Shown: positions 8,533 through 21,786, counted from the stretch's first letter. The stretch is DNA of 32,000 nt from an uncultured Opitutales bacterium (GCA_934613415.1 CAKTSY010000003.1:325413-357412); one strand, 5' to 3'. Program-made: numbers and translations. Notes: generated by a model from the letters alone, not told the origin.

Positions 8533-10008
8533 TTAGTTTGTGTGTTTAATTGTAATCAAAGTCATATCGTCGGCGTACGAATATGTTGCGCCGCAAAAAC
8601 GCTGAACGTCTAAAAGAATGTCGGTGTTTATGTCGGCGGCGCTTTCGTTGGCAACGCTTGCAATAGATTTTTCAAGCCTTTCGGCGGTAAATTCGCCGCC
8701 GTTTTTGCTTAGCGATTCGGTTATGCCGTCGGTATACATAACAAGCACCGCCGATTTTTCGAACGCGAAAGTTTTGTCTTCTATAACAGTGTCGAATATT
8801 TCCGAATCGACCATGCCTACCGCCATTCCCGAGCTTTTAATTTTCATAGACTCGAAGTCGGTTGTGCTTTTGTCGAACAACAATGCGGGCTCGTGCCCCG
8901 CCCTTGCCAAGGTTATGGACGAATTTTTTGCGTCTATAACGGCGTATATCATTGTAATGAACATATCCTCGCGCATAAGGGGCATCATGTCGGCATTAAG
9001 GGCTTTTAAGGCCTCGGCGGGGCTTTCGTAGCGCGGCGCAATTTCGCGCAATTTTGTCTGCGTAATTGCCATTATCATTGCAGCCGACACCCCTTTGCCC
9101 GAAACGTCGGCAATTACAACGCCAAGCTTTTGGTTGCCCAAGTCTATAAAGTCGTAAAAATCGCCGCCTATGCACTGCTGTGGAACATACCTTACGGCAA
9201 AATCATATCCGTCTATTTCTGGCATTTGCTGCGGCAGCAAATATCTTTGAACGCCGCTTGCCAATTTTAAGTCGAAATTAAGCCGGTTTTTCTCGACAAG
9301 AACGTCCATAGTATTTGCGTTCGAAATTGCAATTGCAGCCTGACTTGCAATGGCCTTTGCAAGCGAAAAATCGTTCTGCGAAAACTTCTCATCGCCAAGC
9401 GGATTTGCCAAAACCATAACCGCGCTTGTTTTCGACACAAAAAATACGGGCACATAAATTATGCTTGTAATTTTTAGCGGGTCAAAAGACGACGACAACA
9501 CCCTGTTGTCTTTGGCGGCGTCTTTAACAAAAAGGCCTTCGGCGCTGTTGCCAACCTGCCCTACAAGCCCCTCGTTTGCCGACAAAACTTCGTCGGCAAA
9601 AACTGTGCTTATATATTGGGCCTTTGTTGCAAAGTCGTTTTTAATGTGCCTTTGCGGAGGGAATAACCCCATGGTAACAACGCTTTTCCAAGTGCCGTCG
9701 TCTTTGCGCTCGTAAATTCTGCCGCTTTGGGCTTTGGTTACGTCTACCGCAAGCTTTAGCGTGCGCCTGTAAATGTCGGGCACGCTAATGCCGCCCTCTA
9801 AATCGGAGGCAAGTTTGCGCATGCTTGCAATGGTTACCGCCCTTTCGTTTTTAAGGTCGTCGTTTATTTTGTACAAATGCGACATTCTCTTTCTTGCAAC
9901 GCAAAGCCACGCGAGGGCAAAGACCCACGCAAACAGCATACCCAATGCAAAGAAAACGATATTCATATACAAAAACAGTCTCGCAAAAAAACCGCGTTTA
10001 TTCAACAC
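8533..10008 (-). CDS. Membrane-anchored GAF-domain PP2C (SpoIIE/RsbU-type) serine phosphatase
   Basis: N-terminal TM (IVFFALGMLFAWVFALAWLCV), a central GAF-like region, and a C-terminal PP2C with GGDFYDF, VIADVSGKGVSAAM, ARAGHEP, YTDGITE and DDMTLI motifs. The start is GTG 10008 (or ATG 9966) and overlaps the STAS stop by 11 nt. Confidence 0.8.
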   Translation of the reverse strand: MLNKRGFFARLFLYMNIVFFALGMLFAWVFALAWLCVARKRMSHLYKINDDLKNERAVTIASMRKLASDLEGGISVPDIYRRTLKLAVDVTKAQSGRIYERKDDGTWKSVVTMGLFPPQRHIKNDFATKAQYISTVFADEVLSANEGLVGQVGNSAEGLFVKDAAKDNRVLSSSFDPLKITSIIYVPVFFVSKTSAVMVLANPLGDEKFSQNDFSLAKAIASQAAIAISNANTMDVLVEKNRLNFDLKLASGVQRYLLPQQMPEIDGYDFAVRYVPQQCIGGDFYDFIDLGNQKLGVVIADVSGKGVSAAMIMAITQTKLREIAPRYESPAEALKALNADMMPLMREDMFITMIYAVIDAKNSSITLARAGHEPALLFDKSTTDFESMKIKSSGMAVGMVDSEIFDTVIEDKTFAFEKSAVLVMYTDGITESLSKNGGEFTAERLEKSIASVANESAADINTDILLDVQRFCGATYSYADDMTLITIKHTN

Positions 10009-10474
10009 GCTTTTTCAGAAAAGCGATTACATCTTCAAACTTTTTAAGGTTTTCGGGGTTTGCGCTTACAAGCGACTCGTGCGCCGAAAGCATTTCCGAC
10101 TGCGCCGAAGGCGAATTGCTAAGCGTGTTTTGGGCAACAACTCCGTCTTTTGGCGGGTTGCCTATTTCCAGAATTTTGTCCAGCCCCAGATTTTGCACAA
10201 CCTCCAGATTGCGGTCGGAAATGTTGCTTAAAACAACCTTGCCCTTGTGGGGCTTAAGCCTTATTGCAAGCTTTGCAATTATCCCCAAAAAAGTGCTGTC
10301 TACACCCGTGCACTCCGCAAAATCTATGTTAACAACAGCTTTTTTGTCTCTTACGGCCGTATCGAAAAATTCCGAAACACCCATGCAGTTGAGATAGCAT
10401 GCGCGGCCGACAATCGCCAAAGTGGCGCAATTGCCCTCCTCGCATACCAAAAACTTTGTATCCTCAACCGGCAT
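9998..10474 (-). CDS. STAS-domain protein (anti-sigma-factor-antagonist-like) with ~50-aa C-terminal extension
   Basis: 158 aa. VNIDFAECTGVDSTFLGIIAKL matches the RsbV/SpoIIAA DSSGLG phospho-site region (Ser/Thr retained). It starts 4 nt after the acnA stop. Confidence 0.7.
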   Translation of the reverse strand: MPVEDTKFLVCEEGNCATLAIVGRACYLNCMGVSEFFDTAVRDKKAVVNIDFAECTGVDSTFLGIIAKLAIRLKPHKGKVVLSNISDRNLEVVQNLGLDKILEIGNPPKDGVVAQNTLSNSPSAQSEMLSAHESLVSANPENLKKFEDVIAFLKKRVE

Positions 10475-10478
10475 TTTG

Positions 10479-13118
10479 CTATTTAAGAATTTTCTTTAAC
10501 ACGCATTGGAGAATGCCGCCGCAGTTGTAGTAGTCTATTTCAACGGGGGTATCTATTCTAAGCAGCAAGTCGGCATAGTCTATAGCGCCGTTTTCGCGCT
10601 CTATTTTAAGAGTGGCTTTTGCCGCAACTTTTACGCCGTCTTCAAGCCCCTGTATTGTGAACTTTTCGGAACCGTTAAGGTTTAAAGTGTCGGCATCGCA
10701 ACCTTCGGCAAATTCGAAAGGCAAAATGCCCATGCCAACAAGGTTGCTGCGGTGAATTCTTTCGTACGATTTTGCGATAACGGCCCTTACGCCCAAAAGG
10801 CTTGTACCCTTTGCCGCCCAGTCGCGCGAGCTGCCCATACCGTAATCTTTGCCGGCAAACACAAGCAAGCCCTCGTTGTTTTGTGCATACTTTTGCGCGG
10901 CGTCGAAAATAAGAATGTCGCTGCCCTTGCCGTACATTTTGGTGTAGCCGCCCTCTTTGGGGGCAACAATCTTGTTTTTAATTCTTATATTGGCAAATGT
11001 GCCGCGACACATAACGCGGTCGTTGCCCCTTCTGGAGCCGTAGGTATTAAAGTCTTTTTGCGACAATCCCTTTTCTGTAAGGTAGCGGGCGGCTGCGCTG
11101 TCGGGCGAAATCGCGCCCGCAGGCGAAATGTGGTCGGTTGTTACGCTGTCGCCGAAAATAGCCAACGCTCTAAGGTCTTTAAGGGACTTTTTCGAGGCGT
11201 CTTTTTCCTCGAAGAAGGGAGGCTCTTGAATGTAGGTGCTGTCTTTGCTCCAGTTGAACACGTTGCCCTTTGTGCTTTGCACTTGCTGCCACAATTCGGG
11301 GCCTTTTAGGCTGGAATACTCCTTTTTGAAGAATTCGCTTTTTACGCACTTTGCAACGCATTCTTCAACTTCGGCCGAAGTCGGCAAAATGTCTTTTAAG
11401 AACACTTCTTTGCCTTCGGGCGAAACGCCGACGGGCTCTTTATCGAAATCTATGTTTATTCTGTCTGCAAGCGCAAAAGCCACTACATATTGGGGCGTCA
11501 TCAAATAATTTGCCTTTAAAAGCGCGTGAACGCGGGCTTCAAAATTTCTGTTGCCCGAAAGCACGCTTGCACAAACCAAATTGTTTTCTTTTACAGCCTC
11601 GGTAATTTCGGCGTCGATTGGGCCGGAATTGCCTATGCAGGTGGCGCAGCCGTAGCCCGCCAAATTAAAGCCAAGCTCGTCTAAATAAGTCTGCAAGCCC
11701 GCTTCTTTTAAGTAGTCGCTTACAACCCTAGACCCGGGGGCCAAAGTTGTTTTTACATAGGCTGGAGTTTTAAGCCCGAACGCCCTTGCCTTTTTTGCCA
11801 ACAAGCCGGCGGCAACCAAAACCGACGGGTTCGACGTGTTTGTGCAGCTTGTTATTGCGGCAATCAAAACGCTGCCGTCCGAAATTTCGCCCTTAGAGGT
11901 TTTTGCCTTTTTATATTCCAGATTCGGGAAACTTGCATTAAATGCCTCTTTTGCGTCGTTAAGCTCTATCTTGTCTTGCGGACGTTTCGGACCTGCTATT
12001 GCTGGCTTAATGTCGGCCAAATTTACATGCAAAACTTTTGTGTAGTCGCAATCGCCCTCGCGCGGTATCGAGAACATTCCCTGCTTTGTGTAATATTCTT
12101 TTATAAGGGCAACCAGCTCGTCGCTTCTGCCCGAAAGCTTCATATATTCCAAAGTTTTGTCGTCTACGGGAAAATACCCCATAGTTGCACCGTATTCGGG
12201 AGCCATATTCGCAACGGTTGCCCTGTCGGCAAGCGACAATGTGCTGGCTCCCTCGCCGAAATATTCAACAAATTTGCCTACAACCTTTTCGTCTCTTAAA
12301 AGCTTTGTCATATGCAAAGCCAAGTCGGTTGCCGTTACCCCGTTCGAAAGCCTGCCCGACATACATACACCCACAACTTCGGGCACTTTAAAGTATATGG
12401 GCTGACCCAACATACCCGCTTCTGCCTCTATGCCGCCAACGCCCCAGCCTACAACGCCAAGGCCGTTTATCATTGTAGTGTGCGAGTCGGTGCCGACCAA
12501 AGTGTCCGGATACAACACGTTTTTGCCGTTTTCGGATTTTTCGAAAACAAGCTTTGCCAAGTATTCGAGGTTTACCTGGTGTATTATGCCCGTAGAAGGC
12601 GGCACAACCGAAAAGGTTTTAAACGCCTGCTGACCCCACTTTAAAAATTCGTACCTTTCCTTGCCGCGCTTAAACTCCATTTCAAGGTTCTTTGCATACG
12701 CGTCGTTTGTGCCGAAATAGTCCATCTGCACCGAGTGGTCTATAACCAAGTCTACGGGAACAAGAGGCTCTACCAAATCGGGATTTTTGCCCTGCCTTTG
12801 GGCGTACGAGCGCATTGCGGCCAAGTCTACCAAAAGGGGAACGCCCGTTAAATCCTGCAAAACTATGCGCGAAACAACAAAGGGGATTTCGAACGCCCCC
12901 GGGTTTTTGGCGTTCCAGTTTGCCAAATTTTCAACGTCCTTTTCAGTAGCCAAACCGTTAAACGAGGCTCTCAGCACGCTTTCGAGCACAATCTTTATGG
13001 AAATGGGCAGCCTTTTTACGTTCGGGTACTTTTCGGCCAACTTTTCCAAGCTGTAAAAATACAAGTCTTTGCCCGACTTTTCGGGAAACTTAACCGCGCA
13101 ATCTTTAATATCCGTCAT
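10479..13118 (-). CDS. acnA: Aconitate hydratase A
   Basis: 879 aa. VGTDSHTTM, Fe-S Cys motifs [10 protein letters not shown] and [19 protein letters not shown], and the swivel-domain [10 protein letters not shown]. Confidence 0.93.
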   Translation of the reverse strand: MTDIKDCAVKFPEKSGKDLYFYSLEKLAEKYPNVKRLPISIKIVLESVLRASFNGLATEKDVENLANWNAKNPGAFEIPFVVSRIVLQDLTGVPLLVDLAAMRSYAQRQGKNPDLVEPLVPVDLVIDHSVQMDYFGTNDAYAKNLEMEFKRGKERYEFLKWGQQAFKTFSVVPPSTGIIHQVNLEYLAKLVFEKSENGKNVLYPDTLVGTDSHTTMINGLGVVGWGVGGIEAEAGMLGQPIYFKVPEVVGVCMSGRLSNGVTATDLALHMTKLLRDEKVVGKFVEYFGEGASTLSLADRATVANMAPEYGATMGYFPVDDKTLEYMKLSGRSDELVALIKEYYTKQGMFSIPREGDCDYTKVLHVNLADIKPAIAGPKRPQDKIELNDAKEAFNASFPNLEYKKAKTSKGEISDGSVLIAAITSCTNTSNPSVLVAAGLLAKKARAFGLKTPAYVKTTLAPGSRVVSDYLKEAGLQTYLDELGFNLAGYGCATCIGNSGPIDAEITEAVKENNLVCASVLSGNRNFEARVHALLKANYLMTPQYVVAFALADRINIDFDKEPVGVSPEGKEVFLKDILPTSAEVEECVAKCVKSEFFKKEYSSLKGPELWQQVQSTKGNVFNWSKDSTYIQEPPFFEEKDASKKSLKDLRALAIFGDSVTTDHISPAGAISPDSAAARYLTEKGLSQKDFNTYGSRRGNDRVMCRGTFANIRIKNKIVAPKEGGYTKMYGKGSDILIFDAAQKYAQNNEGLLVFAGKDYGMGSSRDWAAKGTSLLGVRAVIAKSYERIHRSNLVGMGILPFEFAEGCDADTLNLNGSEKFTIQGLEDGVKVAAKATLKIERENGAIDYADLLLRIDTPVEIDYYNCGGILQCVLKKILK

Positions 13119-13365
13119 AATCCGTCTTTTTATTATGTGAATGAAAAAATGTTTGTGTTCAACGAGGCCACATTCCCCGAAATAACGGGAACTGCAACGC
13201 CCCTAAAAAGAGAGAACACCCTACTTTAATTTATCGTAAAAATCAAAGAAAAAATGGCCTTTTACAACATAAATTCAAGCAAAGCCAAAAAAGTCTTTCA
13301 AAAGCATATCCATACTACAAAATTGTATTAAAGCGCAAAAATTTTGCACGGCATATAAAAAAATG

Positions 13366-13393
13366 TTGAAAACGGGCAAATTTCGACAATAAT
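13366..13393 (+). promoter_or_regulatory. Candidate sigma-70-type promoter for yebC (TTGAAA-16 nt-AATAAT)
   Basis: TTGAAA at 13366-13371, a 16-nt spacer, and AATAAT at 13388-13393, about 40 nt upstream of ATG 13433. This is a pattern match only, in an AT-rich region. Confidence 0.25.
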
Positions 13394-13432
13394 TCAACTT
13401 TCTTTTTAAAAACAATGTAAAGGATAATTAAT

Positions 13433-14173
13433 ATGTCTGGACACAGTAAATGGGCAACAACTAAACGCCACAAGGCCGCAATAGACTCTAAAAGAGGCAA
13501 AATATTCAGCGCATTGAGTAAGGATATTACTCTTGCTGCCAGAGCCGGCGGCGGCGACCAAAACTTTAATCCCCGTCTTCGCACCTTGGTGCTAAAGGCG
13601 AAAGCTGCCAATATGCCTGCCGACAATATCGACAGAGCTATTAAAAAGGGTACGGGCGAAATCCCCGGCGTTGTTTACGAACAGTTGTTGTACGAAGGCT
13701 ATGCTCCCGGCGGAGTTGGCATTATTGTGGAAGTTACAACCGAAAACAAAAACCGCGCCGTTGCCGACGTAAGAGCGGCATTCACAAAGAACGGCGGCAG
13801 CCTTGCAACACAGGGCGCGTTGCAGTTTAACTTCAACAGACAGGGTCAATTTATAATCAACGCCGAAGACACCACCGAAGAAAAGCTTATGGACGTAGCT
13901 TTGGAAGCGGGGGCAGAAGACGTTAAAAACAACGGCGACGAATTTGAAGTGCTTTGCCCTGTTTCCGAATACGATAAGTTGGCAAAGGCTTTGGAAGACG
14001 CAGGCATTAAATGCGCCGACTCGAACTTGTCGTGGATACCCACAACTTTGGTTCCGATAACAGACGCGGAAACCGCAAAGAAAGCCGTAAGGGTTGTAGA
14101 AGCTTTGGAAGACTTAGACGACGTTCAGAACGTTTACCCCAACTACGACTTAGACGACTCTTTGCTCGACTAA
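13433..14173 (+). CDS. yebC: YebC/PmpR-family transcriptional regulator / translation-associated protein
   Basis: 246 aa. [25 protein letters not shown] and NFNPRLR are hallmark N-terminal motifs. AAGGA Shine-Dalgarno lies upstream. Confidence 0.9.
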   Translation: MSGHSKWATTKRHKAAIDSKRGKIFSALSKDITLAARAGGGDQNFNPRLRTLVLKAKAANMPADNIDRAIKKGTGEIPGVVYEQLLYEGYAPGGVGIIVEVTTENKNRAVADVRAAFTKNGGSLATQGALQFNFNRQGQFIINAEDTTEEKLMDVALEAGAEDVKNNGDEFEVLCPVSEYDKLAKALEDAGIKCADSNLSWIPTTLVPITDAETAKKAVRVVEALEDLDDVQNVYPNYDLDDSLLD

Positions 14174-14180
14174 TTGCTTT

Positions 14181-15569
14181 ATGGGTAAAACTCTATTCGA
14201 AAAGGTTTGGGAAAAGCATACCGTTAGGCAGTTGCCCGACGGTTCTACCCAGTTGTTTATAGGCACGCACCTAATGCACGAGGTTACAAGCCCTCAGGCA
14301 TTCGGCATGCTTAGAACCTTAAAGCTAAAAGTGCGCTATCCAAACCGCTCTTTTGCTACGGTAGACCATATCATTCCCACAACCGACACAAGCGAACCGT
14401 ATGCAGACAAATTGGCATACGAAATGCTCGAGCATATCCGCAAAAATTGCGCCGACAACAACATTAAGTTTTTCGACGTAAACACGGGCTGCCAGGGCGT
14501 AATACACATTGTTATGCCCGAACAGGGCATTATACAACCGGGAATGACCGTTGCCTGCGGCGACAGCCACACGGCAACCCACGGCGCATTCGGCGCGGTT
14601 GCTTTCGGCATTGGCACAACACAGGTTCGCAACGTGCTGGCAACGCAAACGCTTTCCTTCAAAAAATTGAAGGTAAGAAAGGTTGAAGTAAACGGCACTC
14701 TTAAAGAAGGAGTTTACCCCAAAGATGTAGCCCTTCACATAATACGCAAGCTTGGCGTAAACGGCGGCATAGGCTATGCCTACGAATTTGCCGGCGACGT
14801 ATTCGACAATATGTCGATGGAAGGCAGAATGACGGTTTGCAATATGGCTATAGAAGGCGGAGCAAGGGTTGGCTATGTAAATCCCGACCAAAAAACTTTC
14901 GACTATCTTAAAGGCAGGCCATACGCGCCAAAGGGTGCAGACTTCGACAAGGCCGTTGAATATTGGAAAACCGTTGCCTCCGACAAAGACGCCGTTTACG
15001 ACGACGTTGTAAAGTTCGACGCAGCCGACATTTTGCCTACGGTAACTTGGGGCGTAAATCCCTCGCAGGCGGTATTCATTAACGAAAATATCCCCGATTG
15101 CGACTCTATTGCAGACCCGCAACAGCGCAAAGACGCAAAAGACGCTTTGGCTTATATGAAGCTAAAATCGGGCACTCCCGTTAAAGGCATTCCAATAAAC
15201 GTAGCGTTTATTGGCTCGTGCACAAACGGCAGATTGTCGGACTTGCAGGAAGCCGCAAAATACCTTAAAGGCAAAAAAGTGGCAAAAGGCGTAAGGGCAA
15301 TTGCTGTTCCGGGTTCGCAAATTGTAAAGAAGCTTGCCGAAGCCGAAGGGCTAGACAAGATATTTACAGAGGCTGGCTTTGAATGGCGCAACGCAGGTTG
15401 CTCGATGTGCTTGGCAATGAACGCCGACAAATTGCGCGGCGACGAGCTTTGCGCATCTAGCTCGAACCGAAACTTTAAAGGTCGCCAAGGCAGCCCCACG
15501 GGCAGAACAGTGCTTATGTCGCCCAGAATGGTTGCATCTTCGGCGGTTGCAGGCTACATAACCTACTAA
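14181..15569 (+). CDS. leuC: 3-isopropylmalate dehydratase large subunit
   Basis: 462 aa, collinear with E. coli LeuC. Matching segments: [53 protein letters not shown]. Confidence 0.9.
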   Translation: MGKTLFEKVWEKHTVRQLPDGSTQLFIGTHLMHEVTSPQAFGMLRTLKLKVRYPNRSFATVDHIIPTTDTSEPYADKLAYEMLEHIRKNCADNNIKFFDVNTGCQGVIHIVMPEQGIIQPGMTVACGDSHTATHGAFGAVAFGIGTTQVRNVLATQTLSFKKLKVRKVEVNGTLKEGVYPKDVALHIIRKLGVNGGIGYAYEFAGDVFDNMSMEGRMTVCNMAIEGGARVGYVNPDQKTFDYLKGRPYAPKGADFDKAVEYWKTVASDKDAVYDDVVKFDAADILPTVTWGVNPSQAVFINENIPDCDSIADPQQRKDAKDALAYMKLKSGTPVKGIPINVAFIGSCTNGRLSDLQEAAKYLKGKKVAKGVRAIAVPGSQIVKKLAEAEGLDKIFTEAGFEWRNAGCSMCLAMNADKLRGDELCASSSNRNFKGRQGSPTGRTVLMSPRMVASSAVAGYITY

Positions 15570-15596
15570 AGCAGAATTAAGCTTAAAAACTTTTTT

Positions 15597-15632
15597 AAGG
15601 GTCTGCCCTACTTTGGACAGGCTCTTTTTTTT
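15597..15632 (+). terminator. Rho-independent terminator after leuC
   Basis: AAGGGTCTGCCC-TACTTT-GGACAGGCTCTT stem (one mismatch, some G:U pairs) followed by a T8 run at 15625-15632, about 30 nt after the leuC stop. Confidence 0.6.
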
Positions 15633-15883
15633 GCGTTTAAAAAGTCTTTGCGCAATAAAAAGCCTTTTTTAAGGCAAAAATTGCCCTAAAAAAGCGTTTT
15701 GCGGCAGTGCAAAGTAAAGTTACCACCCCAAAGCAAAACCCTAAAATTTTGCGCAAAAGCAACCCCATTTACCCACGCGCAAAAAACCGTTTTTTCGCGG
15801 CAAAAAAAGCTCTTTTTTGCCAAGTTTTTTGTTGCGCTTTATACGCACTATATATACAGTATATAGAAACGCGCAACCAATAG

Positions 15884-18484
<2,601 letters not shown>

Positions 18485-18508
18485 TAAAAAAATAAGACAG
18501 GATTTTAA

Positions 18509-21004
18509 ATGTATACTGAAAACGAAAAAATTCAGCCGTCGAGCATAACCGAAATTATGCGCAACGCGTATATCGACTACTCCATGTCGGTTATAGTTTC
18601 GCGCGCATTGCCCGACGTAAGAGACGGGCTTAAACCCGTGCAACGCCGCGTGCTTTATGCAATGATGCGCGAAGGATTGCTCTATAACCGAGCCTTCGAC
18701 AAATGCGCGGGCGTTGTGGGCGAAGTTCTTAAAAACTACCACCCCCACGGAGACAGCTCGGTTTACGACACGCTTGTAAGAATGGGGCAAGACTGGGTAA
18801 TGCGCTACCCGCTTATTATGCCGCAGGGCAACTTCGGCTCTATAGAGGGCGACTCGGCCGCGGCCTACCGTTATACCGAATGTAAACTTTCGGCAATAGC
18901 TCAGGAACTTTTAAGCGACATAGATTCCGACACCGTAGACTTTGTGCCCAACTACAAAGAGTCTACAACGGAGCCCAGCGTTTTGCCGTGCGCCTTGCCC
19001 GCACTGCTTATGAACGGCTCTACAGGCATTGCAGTTGGTATGACAACAAATATTCCGCCCCACAATTTGGGCGAATTGATAGACGCTACCTGCGAGCTTA
19101 TAGACAACCCCACAATTTCGATAGACGACCTTATGAAGATTATCCCCGGCCCCGACTTTCCGACGGGCGGCGTGATAATGGGCAAAGCCGGCATAGAAAG
19201 CTATATGAAAACGGGGCGCGGCATTGTAAAAACAAGGGGCGTCGCCGTTTGCGAAGAGCTTAAAAACGGCAAAGAGCAAATTGTAATAAAGGAAATTCCC
19301 TATAATGTAAACAGGGCTTCGCTAATAGAAACAATAGCCAATTTGGTAACCGACAAGGTTATAACCGAAATTAGCGACGTACGCAACGAATCCGACGAAA
19401 ATACGCGAATTGTTATAGAGCTTAAACGCGGCGAAAGCCCGCGCGTGGTTCTTAACAAGCTTTACAAGCACACGCAGCTGGAATCGTCTTTCGGCGTTAT
19501 TATGCTTGCCTTAGACAAGCGCAGACCCAAGCAGATGAACATTAAGGAAATGCTCGAATGCTACATAGAGCACAGGCGCGAAGTTATCTACAGGCGCACA
19601 ATGTTCATGCTTAAAAAGGCCGAAGACCGCGCCCATATCTTGGAAGGCTACAAGATTGCCCTGAACAACCTAGACGACTTTGTAAAGATAATCAGAGCCT
19701 CGAAAAGCAGGGACGAAGCCAAAGTTACCCTTATGGCAAAATACCCCATTTCCGAAAGGCAGGCAAACGCCATTTTGGAATTAAGGCTATATCAGCTTAC
19801 GGGTCTTGAAAGGGACAAGATAGAAAATGAGTATATCGAGCTTATGAAGCAGATAGAGGAATACCGCTCTATCATAGAAAACGAAAAGAAACTTTTGGGC
19901 ATAATTAAAAGCGAAATGCTTGTGCTTAAGGAAAAATATGCTTCGGAACGCAAAACGCAAATTCTGCCCGCCGAAGGCGAATTTAGAATGGAAGACGTTA
20001 TCGCAAACGAAGGCTGCATTATTTCGGTTTCGCACAACGGCTTTATTAAGCGCACAAGCGTAAGCTCGTACCGCTCGCAAAAGCGCGGCGGCAAGGGCGT
20101 TATAGGTTCGGGCCAGTACGACGAAGACTTTATCGAGCACATCTTTACCGCCTCTACGCACGACTACATTATGTTCTTTATGAACAACGGCCGCGTGTAT
20201 GTCGAAAAGGTATACGACATTCCCGAAGGCACGCGCATTGCAAAGGGCCGCTCGCTTAAAAACGTTTTGGCCTTGCAGCCCGACGAAAGTATTGCAGCTA
20301 TGATTTGCGTAAAAGACCTTTCCGAAGACAAGGGGCTTATTATGGCAACAAAGAACGGCGTTGTTAAAAAGACAATGCTCGAAGAATATAAGAACTGCCG
20401 CAAGGGCGGTATTATAGGCATTAATTTGGACGACAACGACGCCCTTATAGGCGTAGTTCTTGCCAATAAAGACGATAACGTTGTTCTTATTACCCACGAA
20501 GGCATGTCTATTAGATTCAGCGAAAACGACCTTCGCGCACAAGGCAGGGCAACTCGCGGCGTAAAGGGCGTAACACTTAAAAAGGAAAACGACTGCGTAA
20601 AGGCAATAGTTATTGCCGACCCCGACTCTACACTGCTTATTGCGGGCGAACACGGCCAGGGCAAGAGAACTTCGTACGACGAATACCGCCTGCAAAACAG
20701 GGGCGGCTCGGGCATAATTGCAATTAAAACTTCGGGCGTAGCCGGCGCACTTTCCGTTAAGGAAGACGACGAAATTATGATGTTTACCCAAGGCGGACAG
20801 GCGGTTCGCTCGCCCGTAAAAGACATTAGGGTTATAGGCAGAAGCACTCAGGGCGTAAGGCTTATAAACCTTGCCGACGGCGACACGCTTATTGGTATTT
20901 GCCGCGTTGTAAACACCAAAGACGAAGAGATTGCCTCCGAACAGGCAGAAGGCGCACAAGGCGACACTGCAACTGCATCGGATTCAACCCCCGACCAACA
21001 ATAA
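18509..21004 (+). CDS. gyrA: DNA gyrase subunit A
   Basis: 831 aa. DGLKPVQRR, QRDR region YHPHGDSSVYD, active-site Tyr context AAAYRYTE, and C-terminal beta-pinwheel repeats with an acidic tail. Confidence 0.95.
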   Translation: MYTENEKIQPSSITEIMRNAYIDYSMSVIVSRALPDVRDGLKPVQRRVLYAMMREGLLYNRAFDKCAGVVGEVLKNYHPHGDSSVYDTLVRMGQDWVMRYPLIMPQGNFGSIEGDSAAAYRYTECKLSAIAQELLSDIDSDTVDFVPNYKESTTEPSVLPCALPALLMNGSTGIAVGMTTNIPPHNLGELIDATCELIDNPTISIDDLMKIIPGPDFPTGGVIMGKAGIESYMKTGRGIVKTRGVAVCEELKNGKEQIVIKEIPYNVNRASLIETIANLVTDKVITEISDVRNESDENTRIVIELKRGESPRVVLNKLYKHTQLESSFGVIMLALDKRRPKQMNIKEMLECYIEHRREVIYRRTMFMLKKAEDRAHILEGYKIALNNLDDFVKIIRASKSRDEAKVTLMAKYPISERQANAILELRLYQLTGLERDKIENEYIELMKQIEEYRSIIENEKKLLGIIKSEMLVLKEKYASERKTQILPAEGEFRMEDVIANEGCIISVSHNGFIKRTSVSSYRSQKRGGKGVIGSGQYDEDFIEHIFTASTHDYIMFFMNNGRVYVEKVYDIPEGTRIAKGRSLKNVLALQPDESIAAMICVKDLSEDKGLIMATKNGVVKKTMLEEYKNCRKGGIIGINLDDNDALIGVVLANKDDNVVLITHEGMSIRFSENDLRAQGRATRGVKGVTLKKENDCVKAIVIADPDSTLLIAGEHGQGKRTSYDEYRLQNRGGSGIIAIKTSGVAGALSVKEDDEIMMFTQGGQAVRSPVKDIRVIGRSTQGVRLINLADGDTLIGICRVVNTKDEEIASEQAEGAQGDTATASDSTPDQQ

Positions 21005-21022
21005 CCTTCAATATCTAAAAAT

Positions 21023-21157
21023 ATGAACAAGAAAACCGACTTGCTACCTGCCTGCAGGAAAACCAGCACCGACTGGCTGTTTATATTCGTATACTCGCTT
21101 GCCGCAATAATGCTGGTGCTTCAGGTTTTTCTTGTCGTATTTTTAGACATTTTTTAA
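21023..21157 (+). CDS. Possible 44-aa small membrane protein (below the ORF-track length cutoff)
   Basis: My own translation: MNKKTDLLPACRKTSTDWLFIFVYSLAAIMLVLQVFLVVFLDIF*. It has one clear TM helix and fills the gyrA-DUF2238 gap; its stop lies 1 nt before the next ATG. I see no obvious Shine-Dalgarno and recognise no homologue. Confidence 0.25.
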   Translation: MNKKTDLLPACRKTSTDWLFIFVYSLAAIMLVLQVFLVVFLDIF

Positions 21158-21158
21158 A

Positions 21159-21767
21159 ATGAAAAAAGAAAACGGATTTTTGCTTGCCCTAACGCTGTTT
21201 GTGCTGGCGGTTTTTGCGCTTTCGTATGTAAACTGTAGCGATATTGGGGTATGGAAAGTTGAAATTACAAGTCCGGCAGTTGTGTTCGCGCTTTTGCTTT
21301 TAACTTTCCCCAAATTCCGCTTTTCAAACGTTTCGTATTTCATAATTTCGCTGTGGATGGTTTTGCACGCAATAGGCGCGCACTATACGTTCGAAAAAGT
21401 CCCCTTCGATTTTATAACAAATACGTTTGGTTTCGACAGAAACCACTTCGACAGACTTGCCCACTTTGTTATTGGGCTAAATTCGTTCTGCTTTGCGGAA
21501 CTGTTTTTTAGAAACAAAATAGTAAACAGCCGCTTTTTTGCGGCAGTGTTCGGAATGCTTGCAATTATGGCAATGGCAAACGCCTGGGAGCTTATAGAAT
21601 GGATATATGCCGAAATTGACGGCGGCAAGGTGGGCGCGGCATTCCTCGGCTCGCAAGGCGACATTTGGGACGCCCAAAAAGATATGCTTGCCGACAATTT
21701 GGGAGCTTTGGCCGCCTCTATTGCCTACTTTTTATTTTCGCAAAACATTTCGGTAAAGAACAAATAA
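21159..21767 (+). CDS. DUF2238 (YjdF-like) inner-membrane protein
   Basis: 202 aa and multi-TM. Segments HFDRLAHFVIG, AWELIEWIYAE and GSQGDIWDAQKDMLADNLGA match my recollection of the DUF2238 signature. Confidence 0.7.
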   Translation: MKKENGFLLALTLFVLAVFALSYVNCSDIGVWKVEITSPAVVFALLLLTFPKFRFSNVSYFIISLWMVLHAIGAHYTFEKVPFDFITNTFGFDRNHFDRLAHFVIGLNSFCFAELFFRNKIVNSRFFAAVFGMLAIMAMANAWELIEWIYAEIDGGKVGAAFLGSQGDIWDAQKDMLADNLGALAASIAYFLFSQNISVKNK

Positions 21768-21786
21768 TTTAAGAAAGGAAATCATT

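Noticed and set aside
10752-11309. 185-aa plus-strand ORF and several 60-110-aa ORFs within 10.7-13.1 kb
   Set aside because: All are antisense to, or out of frame with, acnA, whose 879-aa product carries every aconitase motif.
13315-13626. 103-aa minus-strand ORF overlapping the yebC start
   Set aside because: It overlaps the highly conserved N-terminus of YebC in antisense. The remainder lies in AT-rich promoter DNA.
14325-15122. 265-aa minus-strand ORF inside leuC (and 120 aa at 14336-14698, 115 aa at 15152-15499)
   Set aside because: They are antisense to a well-supported leuC, with low-complexity V/A/N/Y/F composition and no start context.
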